Assembly (NCBI GenBank): GCA_964057225.1
Contig: OZ059895.1
Coordinates: 11,222,001 to 11,286,000 of the forward strand
Reading direction: 5' to 3'
Origin: Auanema rhodensis
Taxonomy: Eukaryota; Animalia; Nematoda
DNA: 64,000 nt
Numbering within the stretch: the first letter of the stretch is position 1; every line of letters begins with the position of its first letter. The position numbers and the translations under genes are program-made. The notes beneath the pieces were generated by a model, which saw only the letters and a list, made by a program, of their open reading frames with translations, was not told the origin of the DNA and searched no databases. Below, piece after piece: positions 41,260 through 55,760 of the stretch.

Positions 41260-44200
41260 ACCACGTTGAAAGTTCGCCATGCAGCTGATTTTCAATTTTA
41301 ACTCTTTTGTAACAAATGTTTTCAATTTTCAAGCAGTTTTACTCAGATAGCTTAACCCAAGGCAGCAAATTATCTTTAATCTTATTTCTTCATTACAGTT
41401 ATAAACCAGTAATTAATAAACCTTTATCTCAACTTCACTGTTTCTATCTATTTACTATCGAAAGCAACTTTGTTCAAAAACTATACAACTGTGAAACCTT
41501 TTTTAATTTCTTGTATTTGGAGCTCATAAGATTTGATATCATCGAGGGATCCAGATAGAACGTGGAAAATTACATAACTAACATGAAATTGGAAAAAACT
41601 ATAACGAGGATAAGTATGTGAATCATTGAATATCAGATATTTTCGCTTAGGACCATACCACGTTGAAAGTACGCCATGCCGCTGATTTTCGATTTTAACT
41701 CTTTTGTAACAAATGTTTTCAATTTTCAAGCAGTTTTACTTAGATAGCTCAACCCAAGGCAGCAATTTATCTTCAATATTATTTCTATCTTACAGTTATA
41801 AACCAATAGTTAATGAACCATCATCTTACCTTTACTGTTTCTATCTATTTCCTATCGAAAGCAACTTTGTTCAAAAACTATACAACTGTGAAACCTTTTT
41901 TGATTTCTTGTATTTGGAGCTCATAAGATTAGATATCATCGAGGGATCCAGATAGAACGTGCAAAATTACATAACTAACATGAAATTGAAAAAAACTATA
42001 ACGAGGATAAGTATGCGAAACATTGAATATCAGATATTTTCGCTTAGGACCATACCACGTTGAAAGTACGCCATGCCGCTGATTTTCGATTTTAACTCTT
42101 TTGTAACAAATGTTTTCAATTTTCAAGCAGTTTTACTTAGATAGCTCAACCCAAGGCAGCAATTTATCTTCAATCTTATTTCTATCTTACAGTTATAAAC
42201 CATTAGTTAATGAACCATCATCTTACCTTTACTGTTTCTATCTATTTCCTATCGAAAGCAACTTTGTTCAAAAACTATACAACTGTGAAACCTTTCTTAA
42301 TTTCTTGTATTTGGAGCTCATAAGATTTGATATCATCGAGGGATCCAGATAGAACGTGAAAAATTACGTAACTAACATGAAATTGGAAAAAACTATAACT
42401 AGGATAAGTATGTGAATCATTGAATATCAGATATTTTCGCTTAGGACCATACCACGTTGAAAGTTCGCCATGCAGCTGATTTTCAATTTTAACTCTTTTG
42501 TAACAAATGTTTTCAATTTTCAAGCAGTTTTACTCAGATAGCTTAACCCAAGGCAGCAAATTATCTTTAATCTTATTTCTTCATTATAGTTATAAACCAG
42601 TAATTAATGAACCTTTATCTCAACTTCACTGTTTCTATCTATTTACTATCGAAAGCAACTTTGTTCAAAAACTATACAACTGTGAAACCTTTTTTAATTT
42701 CTTGTATTTGGAGCTCATAAGATTTGATATCATCGAGGGATCCAGATAGAACGTGGAAAATTACATAACTAACATGAAATTGAAAAAAACTATAACGAGG
42801 ATAAGTATGCGAAACATTGAATATCAGATATTTTCGCTTAGGACCATACCACGTTGAAAGTACGCCATGCCGCTGATTTTCAATTTTAACTCTTCTGTAA
42901 CAAATGTTTTCAATTTCCAAGCAGTTTTACTTAGATAGCTCAACCCAAGGCAGCAAATTATCTTCAATATTATTTCTATTTTACAGTTATAAACCAATAG
43001 TTAATGAACCATCATCTTACCCTTACCGTTTCTATCTATTTCATATCGAAACCAACTTTGTTCAAAAACTATACAACTGTGAAACCTTTTTTAATTTCTT
43101 GTATTTGGAGCTCATAAGATTTGATATCATTGAGGGATCCAGATAGAACGTGGAAAATTACATAACTAACATGAAATTGGGAAAAAATTATAACGAGGAT
43201 AAGTATGTAAATCATTGAATATCAGATATTTTCGCTTACGACCATACCACGTTGAAAGTACGCCATGCCGCTGATTTTCAATTTTAACTCTTCTGTAACA
43301 AATGTTTTCAATTTTCAAGCAGTTTTACTTAGATAGCTCAACCCAAGGCAGCAATTTATCTTCAATCTTATTTCTATCTTACAGTTATAAACCATTAGTT
43401 AATGAACCATCATCTTACCTTCACTGTTTCTATCTATTTTCTATCAAAAGAAACATTGTTTAAACACTATACAACTGTGAAACCTTTTTTAATTTCTTGT
43501 ATTTGGAGCTCAAAAGATTTGATATCATTGAGGGACCCAGATAGAACGTGGAAAATTACGTAACTAACATGAAATTGGAAAAAACTATAACGAGGATAAG
43601 TATGTGAATCATTGAATATCAGATATTTTCGCTTAGGACCATACCACGTTGAAAGTACGCCATGCCGCTGATTTTCGATTTTAACTCTTTTGTAACAAAT
43701 GTTTTCAATTTTCAAGCAGTTTTACTTAGATAGCTCAACCCAAGGCAGCAATTTATCTTCAATATTATTTCTATCTTACAGTTATAAACCAATAGTTAAT
43801 GAACCATCATCTTACCTTTACTGTTTCTATCTATTTCCTATCGAAAGCAACTTTGTTCAAAAACTATACAACTGTGAAACCTTTTTTGATTTCTTGTATT
43901 TGGAGCTCATAAGATTTGATATCATCGAGGGATCCAGATAGAACGTGCAAAATTACATAACTAACATGAAATTGAAAAAAACTATAACGAGGATAAGTAT
44001 GTGAATCATTGAATATCAGATATTTTCGCTTAGGACCATACCACGTTGAAAGTTCGCCATGCAGCTGATTTTCAATTTTAACTCTTTTGTAACAAATGTT
44101 TTCAATTTTCAAGCAGTTTTACTCAGATAGCTTAACCCAAGGCAGCAAATTATCTTTAATCTTATTTCTTCATTACAGTTATAAACCAGTAATTAATGAA

Positions 44201-47200
44201 CCTTTATCTCAACTTCACTGTTTCTATCTATTTACTATCGAAAGCAACTTTGTTCAAAAACTATACAACTGTGAAACCTTTTTTAATTTCTTGTATTTGG
44301 AGCTCATAAGATTTGATATCATCGAGGGATCCAGATAGAACGTGGAAAATTACATAACTAACATGAAATTGGAAAAAACTATAACGAGGATAAGTATGTG
44401 AATCATTGAATATCAGATATTTTCGCTTAGGACCATACCACGTTGAAAGTACGCCATGCCGCTGATTTTCGATTTTAACTCTTTTGTAACAAATGTTTTC
44501 AATTTTCAAGCAGTTTTACTTAGATAGCTCAACCCAAGGCAGCAATTTATCTTCAATATTATTTCTATCTTACAGTTATAAACCAATAGTTAATGAACCA
44601 TCATCTTACCCTTACCGTTTCTATCTATTTCATATCGAAACCAACTTTGTTCAAAAACTATACAACTGTGAAACCTTTCTTAATTTCTTGTATTTGGAGC
44701 TCATAAGATTAGATATCATCGAGGGATCCAGATAGAACGTGCAAAATTACATAACTAACATGAAATTGAAAAAAACTATAACGAGGATAAGTATGCGAAA
44801 CATTGAATATCAGATATTTTCGCTTAGGACCATACCACGTTGAAAGTACGCCATGCCGCTGATTTTCGATTTTAACTCTTTTGTAACAAATGTTTTCAAT
44901 TTTCAAGCAGTTTTACTTAGATAGCTCAACCCAAGGCAGCAATTTATCTTCAATCTTATTTCTATCTTACAGTTATAAACCATTAGTTAATGAACCATCA
45001 TCTTACCTTTACTGTTTCTATCTATTTCCTATCGAAAGCAACTTTGTTCAAAAACTATACAACTGTGAAACCTTTCTTAATTTCTTGTATTTGGAGCTCA
45101 TAAGATTTGATATCATCGAGGGATCCAGATAGAACGTGAAAAATTACGTAACTAACATGAAATTGGAAAAAACTATAACTAGGATAAGTATGTGAATCAT
45201 TGAATATCAGATATTTTCGCTTAGGACCATACCACGTTGAAAGTTCGCCATGCAGCTGATTTTCAATTTTAACTCTTTTGTAACAAATGTTTTCAATTTT
45301 CAAGCAGTTTTACTCAGATAGCTTAACCCAAGGCAGCAAATTATCTTTAATCTTATTTCTTCATTATAGTTATAAACCAGTAATTAATGAACCTTTATCT
45401 CAACTTCACTGTTTCTATCTATTTACTATCGAAAGCAACTTTGTTCAAAAACTATACAACTGTGAAACCTTTTTTAATTTCTTGTATTTGGAGCTCATAA
45501 GATTTGATATCATCGAGGGATCCAGATAGAACGTGGAAAATTACATAACTAACATGAAATTGAAAAAAACTATAACGAGGATAAGTATGCGAAACATTGA
45601 ATATCAGATATTTTCGCTTAGGACCATACCACGTTGAAAGTACGCCATGCCGCTGATTTTCAATTTTAACTCTTCTGTAACAAATGTTTTCAATTTCCAA
45701 GCAGTTTTACTTAGATAGCTCAACCCAAGGCAGCAAATTATCTTTAATATTATTTCTATTTTACAGTTATAAACCAATAGTTAATGAACCATCATCTTAC
45801 CCTTACCGTTTCTATCTATTTCATATCGAAACCAACTTTGTTCAAAAACTATACAACTGTGAAACCTTTTTTAATTTCTTGTATTTGGAGCTCATAAGAT
45901 TTGATATCATTGAGGGATCCAGATAGAACGTGGAAAATTACATAACTAACATGAAATTGGGAAAAAATTATAACGAGGATAAGTATGTAAATCATTGAAT
46001 ATCAGATATTTTCGCTTACGACCATACCACGTTGAAAGTACGCCATGCCGCTGATTTTCAATTTTAACTCTTCTGTAACAAATGTTTTCAATTTTCAAGC
46101 AGTTTTACTTAGATAGCTCAACCCAAGGCAGCAATTTATCTTCAATCTTATTTCTATCTTACAGTTATAAACCATTAGTTAATGAACCATCATCTTACCT
46201 TCACTGTTTCTATCTATTTTCTATCAAAAGAAACATTGTTTAAACACTATACAACTGTGAAACCTTTTTTAATTTCTTGTATTTGGAGCTCAAAAGATTT
46301 GATATCATTGAGGGACCCAGATAGAACGTGGAAAATTACGTAACTAACATGAAATTGGAAAAAACTATAACGAGGATAAGTATGTGAATCATTGAATATC
46401 AGATATTTTCGCTTAGGACCATACCACGTTGAAAGTACGCCATGCCGCTGATTTTCGATTTTAACTCTTTTGTAACAAATGTTTTCAATTTTCAAGCAGT
46501 TTTACTTAGATAGCTCAACCCAAGGCAGCAATTTATCTTCAATATTATTTCTATCTTACAGTTATAAACCAATAGTTAATGAACCATCATCTTACCTTTA
46601 CTGTTTCTATCTATTTCCTATCGAAAGCAACTTTGTTCAAAAACTATACAACTGTGAAACCTTTTTTGATTTCTTGTATTTGGAGCTCATAAGATTTGAT
46701 ATCATCGAGGGATCCAGATAGAACGTGCAAAATTACATAACTAACATGAAATTGAAAAAAACTATAACGAGGATAAGTATGTGAATCATTGAATATCAGA
46801 TATTTTCGCTTAGGACCATACCACGTTGAAAGTTCGCCATGCAGCTGATTTTCAATTTTAACTCTTTTGTAACAAATGTTTTCAATTTTCAAGCAGTTTT
46901 ACTCAGATAGCTTAACCCAAGGCAGCAAATTATCTTTAATCTTATTTCTTCATTACAGTTATAAACCAGTAATTAATGAACCTTTATCTCAACTTCACTG
47001 TTTCTATCTATTTACTATCGAAAGCAACTTTGTTCAAAAACTATACAACTGTGAAACCTTTTTTAATTTCTTGTATTTGGAGCTCATAAGATTTGATATC
47101 ATCGAGGGATCCAGATAGAACGTGGAAAATTACATAACTAACATGAAATTGGAAAAAACTATAACGAGGATAAGTATGTGAATCATTGAATATCAGATAT

Positions 47201-49430
47201 TTTCGCTTAGGACCATACCACGTTGAAAGTACGCCATGCCGCTGATTTTCGATTTTAACTCTTTTGTAACAAATGTTTTCAATTTTCAAGCAGTTTTACT
47301 TAGATAGCTCAACCCAAGGCAGCAATTTATCTTCAATATTATTTCTATCTTACAGTTATAAACCAATAGTTAATGAACCATCATCTTACCTTTACTGTTT
47401 CTATCTATTTCCTATCGAAAGCAACTTTGTTCAAAAACTATACAACTGTGAAACCTTTTTTGATTTCTTGTATTTGGAGCTCATAAGATTAGATATCATC
47501 GAGGGATCCAGATAGAACGTGCAAAATTACATAACTAACATGAAATTGAAAAAAACTATAACGAGGATAAGTATGCGAAACATTGAATATCAGATATTTT
47601 CGCTTAGGACCATACCACGTTGAAAGTACGCCATGCCGCTGATTTTCGATTTTAACTCTTTTGTAACAAATGTTTTCAATTTTCAAGCAGTTTTACTTAG
47701 ATAGCTCAACCCAAGGCAGCAATTTATCTTCAATCTTATTTCTATCTTACAGTTATAAACCCTTAGTTAATGAACCATCATCTTACCTTTACTGTTTCTA
47801 TCTATTTCCTATCGAAAGCAACTTTGTTCAAAAACTATACAACTGTGAAACCTTTCTTAATTTCTTGTATTTGGAGCTCATAAGATTTGATATCATCGAG
47901 GGATCCAGATAGAACGTGAAAAATTACGTAACTAACATGAAATTGGAAAAAACTATAACTAGGATAAGTATGTGAATCATTGAATATCAGATATTTTCGC
48001 TTAGGACCATACCACGTTGAAAGTTCGCCATGCAGCTGATTTTCAATTTTAACTCTTTTGTAACAAATGTTTTCAATTTTCAAGCAGTTTTACTCAGATA
48101 GCTTAACCCAAGGCAGCAAATTATCTTTAATCTTATTTCTTCATTACAGTTATAAACCAGTAATTAATAAACCTTTATCTCAACTTCACTGTTTCTATCT
48201 ATTTACTATCGAAAGCAACTTTGTTCAAAAACTATACAACTGTGAAACCTTTTTTAATTTCTTGTATTTGGAGCTCATAAGATTTGATATCATCGAGGGA
48301 TCCAGATAGAACGTGGAAAATTACATAACTAACATGAAATTGAAAAAAACTATAACGAGGATAAGTATGCGAAACATTGAATATCAGATATTTTCGCTTA
48401 GGACCATACCACGTTGAAAGTACGCCATGCCGCTGATTTTCAATTTTAACTCTTCTGTAACAAATGTTTTCAATTTCCAAGCAGTTTTACTTAGATAGCT
48501 CAACCCAAGGCAGCAAATTATCTTCAATATTATTTCTATCTTACAGTTATAAACCAATAGTTAATGAACCATCATCTTACCCTTACCGTTTCTATCTATT
48601 TCATATCGAAACCAACTTTGTTTAAAAACTATACAACTGTGAAACCTTTTTTAATTTCTTGTATTTGGAGCTCATAAGATTTGATATCATTGAGGGATCC
48701 AGATAGAACGTGGAAAATTACATAACTAACATGAAATTGGGAAAAAATTATAACGAGGATAAGTATGTAAATCATTGAATATCAGATATTTTCGCTTACG
48801 ACCATACCACGTTGAAAGTACGCCATGCCGCTGATTTTCAATTTTAACTCTTCTGTAACAAATGTTTTCAATTTTCAAGCAGTTTTACTTAGATAGCTCA
48901 ACCCAAGGCAGCAATTTATCTTCAATCTTATTTCTATCTTACAGTTATAAACCATTAGTTAATGAACCATCATCTTACCTTCACTGTTTCTATCTATTTT
49001 CTATCAAAAGAAACATTGTTTAAACACTATACAACTGTGAAACCTTTTTTAATTTCTTGTATTTGGAGCTCAAAAGATTTGATATCATTGAGGGACCCAG
49101 ATAGAACGTGGAAAATTACGTAACTAACATGAAATTGGAAAAAACTATAACGAGGATAAGTATGTGAATCATTGAATATCAGATATTTTCGCTTAGGACC
49201 ATACCACGTTGAAAGTACGCCATGCCGCTGATTTTCGATTTTAACTCTTTTGTAACAAATGTTTTCAATTTTCAAGCAGTTTTACTTAGATAGCTCAACC
49301 CAAGGCAGCAATTTATCTTCAATATTATTTCTATCTTACAGTTATAAACCAATAGTTAATGAACCATCATCTTACTTTTACTGTTTCTATCTATTTCCTA
49401 TCGAAAGCAACTTTGTTCAAAAACTATACA
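41260..49430. repeat. 7-monomer (2780 bp) higher-order repeat, ~3 copies
   Basis: ORF series 41316/44096/46876, 41713/44493/47273, 42507/45287/48067 and 43467/46247/49027 all step by 2780. Markers AGATTAGAT and GGGACCC occur once per unit. Confidence 0.92.
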
Positions 49431-52400
49431 ACTGTGAAACCTTTTTTGATTTCTTGTATTTGGAGCTCATAAGATTAGATATCATCGAGGGATCCAGATA
49501 GAACGTGCAAAATTACATAACTAACATGAAATTGAAAAAAACTATAACGAGGATAAGTATGCGAAACATTGAATATCAGATATTTTCGCTTAGGACCATA
49601 CCACGTTGAAAGTACGCCATGCCGCTGATTTTCGATTTTAACTCTTTTGTAACAAATGTTTTCAATTTTCAAGCAGTTTTACTTAGATAGCTCAACCCAA
49701 GGCAGCAATTTATCTTCAATCTTATTTCTATCTTACAGTTATAAACCATTAGTTAATGAACCATCATCTTACCTTTAATGTTTCTATCTATTTCCTATCG
49801 AAAGCAACTTTGTTCAAAAACTATACAACTGTGAAACCTTTCTTAATTTCTTGTATTTGGAGCTCATAAGATTTGATATCATCGAGGGATCCAGATAGAA
49901 CGTGAAAAATTACGTAACTAACATGAAATTGGAAAAAACTATAACTAGGATAAGTATGTGAATCATTGAATATCAGATATTTTCGCTTAGGACCATACCA
50001 CGTTGAAAGTTCGCCATGCAGCTGATTTTCAATTTTAACTCTTTTGTAACAAATGTTTTCAATTTTCAAGCAGTTTTACTCAGATAGCTTAACCCAAGGC
50101 AGCAAATTATCTTTAATCTTATTTCTTCATTACAGTTATAAACCAGTAATTAATAAACCTTTATCTCAACTTCACTGTTTCTATCTATTTACTATCGAAA
50201 GCAACTTTGTTCAAAAACTATACAACTGTGAAACCTTTTTTAATTTCTTGTATTTGGAGCTCATAAGATTTGATATCATTGAGGGATCCAGATAGAACGT
50301 GGAAAATTACGTAACTAACATGAAATTGGAAAAAACTATAACGAGGATAAGTATGTGAATCATTGAATATCAAATATTTTCGCTTAGGACCATACCACGT
50401 TGAAAGTACGCCATGCCGCTGATTTTCAATTTTAACTCTTCTGTAACAAATGTTTTCAATTTCCAAGCAGTTTTACTTAGATAGCTCAACCCAAGGCAGC
50501 AAATTATCTTCAATATTATTTCTATCTTACAGTTATAAACCAATAGTTAATGAACCATCATCTTACCCTTACCGTTTCTATCTATTTCATATCGAAACCA
50601 ACTTTGTTCAAAAACTATACAACTGTGAAACCTTTTTTAATTTCTTGTATTTGGAGCTCATAAGATTTGATATCATTGAGGGATCCAGATAGAACGTGGA
50701 AAATTACATAACTAACATGAAATTGGGAAAAAATTATAACGAGGATAAGTATGTAAATCATTGAATATCAGATATTTTCGCTTACGACCATACCACGTTG
50801 AAAGTACGCCATGCCGCTGATTTTCAATTTTAACTCTTCTGTAACAAATGTTTTCAATTTTCAAGCAGTTTTACTTAGATAGCTCAACCCAAGGCAGCAA
50901 TTTATCTTCAATCTTATTTCTATCTTACAGTTATAAACCATTAGTTAATGAACCATCATCTTACCTTCACTGTTTCTATCTATTTTCTATCAAAAGAAAC
51001 ATTGTTTAAACACTATACAACTGTGAAACCTTTTTTAATTTCTTGTATTTGGAGCTCAAAAGATTTGATATCATTGAGGGACCCAGATAGAACGTGGAAA
51101 ATTACGTAACTAACATGAAATTGGAAAAAACTATAACGAGGATAAGTATGTGAATCATTGAATATCAGATATTTTCGCTTAGGACCATACCACGTTGAAA
51201 GTACGCCATGCCGCTGATTTTCGATTTTAACTCTTTTGTAACAAATGTTTTCAATTTTCAAGCAGTTTTACTTAGATAGCTCAACCCAAGGCAGCAATTT
51301 ATCTTCAATATTATTTCTATCTTACAGTTATAAACCAATAGTTAATGAACCATCATCTTACCTTTACTGTTTCTATCTATTTCCTATCGAAAGCAACTTT
51401 GTTCAAAAACTATACAACTGTGAAACCTTTTTTGATTTCTTGTATTTGGAGCTCATAAGATTTGATATCATCGAGGGATCCAGATAGAACGTGCAAAATT
51501 ACATAACTAACATGAAATTGAAAAAAACTATAACGAGGATAAGTATGCGAAACATTGAATATCAGATATTTTCGCTTAGGACCATACCACGTTGAAAGTA
51601 CGCCATGCCGCTGATTTTCAATTTTAACTCTTCTGTAACAAATGTTTTCAATTTTCAAGCAGTTTTACTCAGATAGCTTAACCCAAGGCAGCAAATTATC
51701 TTTAATCTTATTTCTTCATTACAGTTATAAACCAGTAATTAATGAACCTTTATCTCAACTTCACTGTTTCTATCTATTTCCTATCGAAAGCAACTTTGTT
51801 CAAAAACTATACAACTGTGAAACCTTTTTTAATTTCTTGTATTTGAAGCTCATAAGATTTGATATCATCGAGGGATCCAGATAGAACGTGGAAAATTACA
51901 TAACTAACATGAAATTGAAAAAAACTATAACGAGGATAAGTATGCGAAACATTGAATATCAGATATTTTCGCTTAGGACCATACCACGTTGAAAGTACGC
52001 CATGCCGCTGATTTTCAATATTAACTCTTCTGTAACAAATGTTTTCAATTTCCAAGCAGTTTTACTTAGATAGCTCAACCCAAGGCAGCAAATTATCTTC
52101 AATATTATTTCTATCTTACAGTTATAAACCAATAGTTAATGAACCATCATCTTACCCTTACCGTTTCTATCTATTTCATATCGAAACCAACTTTGTTCAA
52201 AAACTATACAACTGTGAAACCTTTTTTAATTTCTTGTATTTGGAGCTCATAAGATTTGATATCATCGAGGGATCCAGATGCAACGTGGAAAATTACATAA
52301 CTAACATGAAATTGAAAAAAACTATAACGAGGATAAGTATGCGAAACATTGAATATCAGATATTTTCGCTTAGGACCATACCACGTTGAAAGTACGCCAT

Positions 52401-55400
52401 GCCGCTGATTTTCAATTTTAACTCTTCTGTAACAAATGTTTTCAATTTTCAAGCAGTTTTACTTAGATAGCTCAACCCAAGGCAGCAAATTATCTTCAAT
52501 CTTATTTCTATCTTACAGATATAAACCAGTAGTTAATGAACCATCATCTTACCTTTACTGTTTCTATCTATTTCCTATCGAAAGCAACTTTGTTCAAAAA
52601 CTATACAACTGTGAAACCTTTTTTGATTTCTTGTATTTGGAGCTCATAAGATTAGATATCATCGAGGGATCCAGATAGAACGTGCAAAATTACATAACTA
52701 ACATGAAATTGAAAAAAACTATAACGAGGATAAGTATGCGAAACATTGAATATCAGATATTTTCGCTTAGGACCATACCACGTTGAAAGTACGCCATGCC
52801 GCTGATTTTCGATTTTAACTCTTTTGTAACAAATGTTTTCAATTTTCAAGCAGTTTTACTTAGATAGCTCAACCCAAGGCAGCAATTTATCTTCAATCTT
52901 ATTTCTATCTTACAGTTATAAACCATTAGTTAATGAACCATCATCTTACCTTTAATGTTTCTATCTATTTCCTATCGAAAGCAACTTTGTTCAAAAACTA
53001 TACAACTGTGAAACCTTTCTTAATTTCTTGTATTTGGAGCTCATAAGATTTGATATCATCGAGGGATCCAGATAGAACGTGAAAAATTACGTAACTAACA
53101 TGAAATTGGAAAAAACTATAACTAGGATAAGTATGTGAATCATTGAATATCAGATATTTTCGCTTAGGACCATACCACGTTGAAAGTTCGCCATGCAGCT
53201 GATTTTCAATTTTAACTCTTTTGTAACAAATGTTTTCAATTTTCAAGCAGTTTTACTCAGATAGCTTAACCCAAGGCAGCAAATTATCTCTAATCTTATT
53301 TCTTCATTACAGTTATAAACCAGTAATTAATAAACCTTTATCTCAACTTCACTGTTTCTATCTATTTACTATCGAAAGCAACTTTGTTCAAAAACTATAC
53401 AACTGTGAAACCTTTTTTAATTTCTTGTATTTGGAGCTCATAAGATTTGATATCATCGAGGGATCCAGATAGAACGTGGAAAATTACATAACTAACATGA
53501 AATTGAAAAAAACTATAACGAGGATAAGTATGCGAAACATTGAATATCAGATATTTTCGCTTAGGACCATACCACGTTGAAAGTACGCCATGCCGTTGAT
53601 TTTCAATTTTAACTCTTCTGTAACAAATGTTTTCAATTTCCAAGCAGTTTTACTTAGATAGCTCAACCCAAGGCAGCAAATTATCTTCAATATTATTTCT
53701 ATCTTACAGTTATAAACCAATAGTTAATGAACCATCATCTTACCCTTACCGTTTCTATCTATTTCATATCGAAACCAACTTTGTTCAAAAACTATACAAC
53801 TGTGAAACCTTTTTTAATTTCTTGTATTTGGAGCTCATAAGATTTGATATCATTGAGGGATCCAGATAGAACGTGGAAAATTACATAACTAACATGAAAT
53901 TGGGAAAAAATTATAACGAGGATAAGTATGTAAATCATTGAATATCAGATATTTTCGCTTACGACCATACCACGTTGAAAGTACGCCATGCCGCTGATTT
54001 TCAATTTTAACTCTTCTGTAACAAATGTTTTCAATTTTCAAGCAGTTTTACTTAGATAGCTCAACCCAAGGCAGCAATTTATCTTCAATCTTATTTCTAT
54101 CTTACAGTTATAAACCATTAGTTAATGAACCATCATCTTACCTTCACTGTTTCTATCTATTTTCTATCAAAAGAAACATTGTTTAAACACTATACAACTG
54201 TGAAACCTTTTTTAATTTCTTGTATTTGGAGCTCAAAAGATTTGATATCATTGAGGGACCCAGATAGAACGTGGAAAATTACGTAACTAACATGAAATTG
54301 GAAAAAACTATAACGAGGATAAGTATGTGAATCATTGAATATCAGATATTTTCGCTTAGGACCATACCACGTTGAAAGTACGCCATGCCGCTGATTTTCG
54401 ATTTTAACTCTTTTGTAACAAATGTTTTCAATTTTCAAGCAGTTTTACTTAGATAGCTCAACCCAAGGCAGCAATTTATCTTCAATATTATTTCTATCTT
54501 ACAGTTATAAACCAATAGTTAATGAACCATCATCTTACCTTTACTGTTTCTATCTATTTCCTATCGAAAGCAACTTTGTTCAAAAACTATACAACTGTGA
54601 AACCTTTTTTGATTTCTTGTATTTGGAGCTCATAAGATTTGATATCATCGAGGGATCCAGATAGAACGTGCAAAATTACATAACTAACATGAAATTGAAA
54701 AAAACTATAACGAGGATAAGTATGCGAAACATTGAATATCAGATATTTTCGCTTAGGACCATACCACGTTGAAAGTACGCCATGCCGCTGATTTTCAATT
54801 TTAACTCTTCTGTAACAAATGTTTTCAATTTTCAAGCAGTTTTACTCAGATAGCTTAACCCAAGGCAGCAAATTATCTTTAATCTTATTTCTTCATTACA
54901 GTTATAAACCAGTAATTAATGAACCTTTATCTCAACTTCACTGTTTCTATCTATTTCCTATCGAAAGCAACTTTGTTCAAAAACTATACAACTGTGAAAC
55001 CTTTTTTAATTTCTTGTATTTGAAGCTCATAAGATTTGATATCATCGAGGGATCCAGATAGAACGTGGAAAATTACATAACTAACATGAAATTGAAAAAA
55101 ACTATAACGAGGATAAGTATGCGAAACATTGAATATCAGATATTTTCGCTTAGGACCATACCACGTTGAAAGTACGCCATGCCGCTGATTTTCAATATTA
55201 ACTCTTCTGTAACAAATGTTTTCAATTTCCAAGCAGTTTTACTTAGATAGCTCAACCCAAGGCAGCAAATTATCTTCAATATTATTTCTATCTTACAGTT
55301 ATAAACCAATAGTTAATGAACCATCATCTTACCCTTACCGTTTCTATCTATTTCATATCGAAACCAACTTTGTTCAAAAACTATACAACTGTGAAACCTT

Positions 55401-55760
55401 TTTTAATTTCTTGTATTTGGAGCTCATAAGATTTGATATCATCGAGGGATCCAGATGCAACGTGGAAAATTACATAACTAACATGAAATTGAAAAAAACT
55501 ATAACGAGGATAAGTATGCGAAACATTGAATATCAGATATTTTCGCTTAGGACCATACCACGTTGAAAGTACGCCATGCCGCTGATTTTCAATTTTAACT
55601 CTTCTGTAACAAATGTTTTCAATTTTCAAGCAGTTTTACTTAGATAGCTCAACCCAAGGCAGCAAATTATCTTCAATCTTATTTCTATCTTACAGATATA
55701 AACCAGTAGTTAATGAACCATCATCTTACCTTTACTGTTTCTATCTATTTCCTATCGAAA
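49400..55760. repeat. 8-monomer (3177 bp) tandem higher-order repeat, 2 copies
   Basis: CCTTTAATG, TTTGAAGCTC, TTCAATATTAAC and AGATGCAAC recur at +3177 (ORFs 49475/52652, 51642/54819, 51807/54984, 52039/55216). Confidence 0.92.

Noticed and set aside
52039-52389. Longer 116-aa ORF (also at 55216 and 56805)
   Set aside because: It arises only because the AGATAGAAC>AGATGCAAC variant removes a TAG stop. There is no evidence of coding function.
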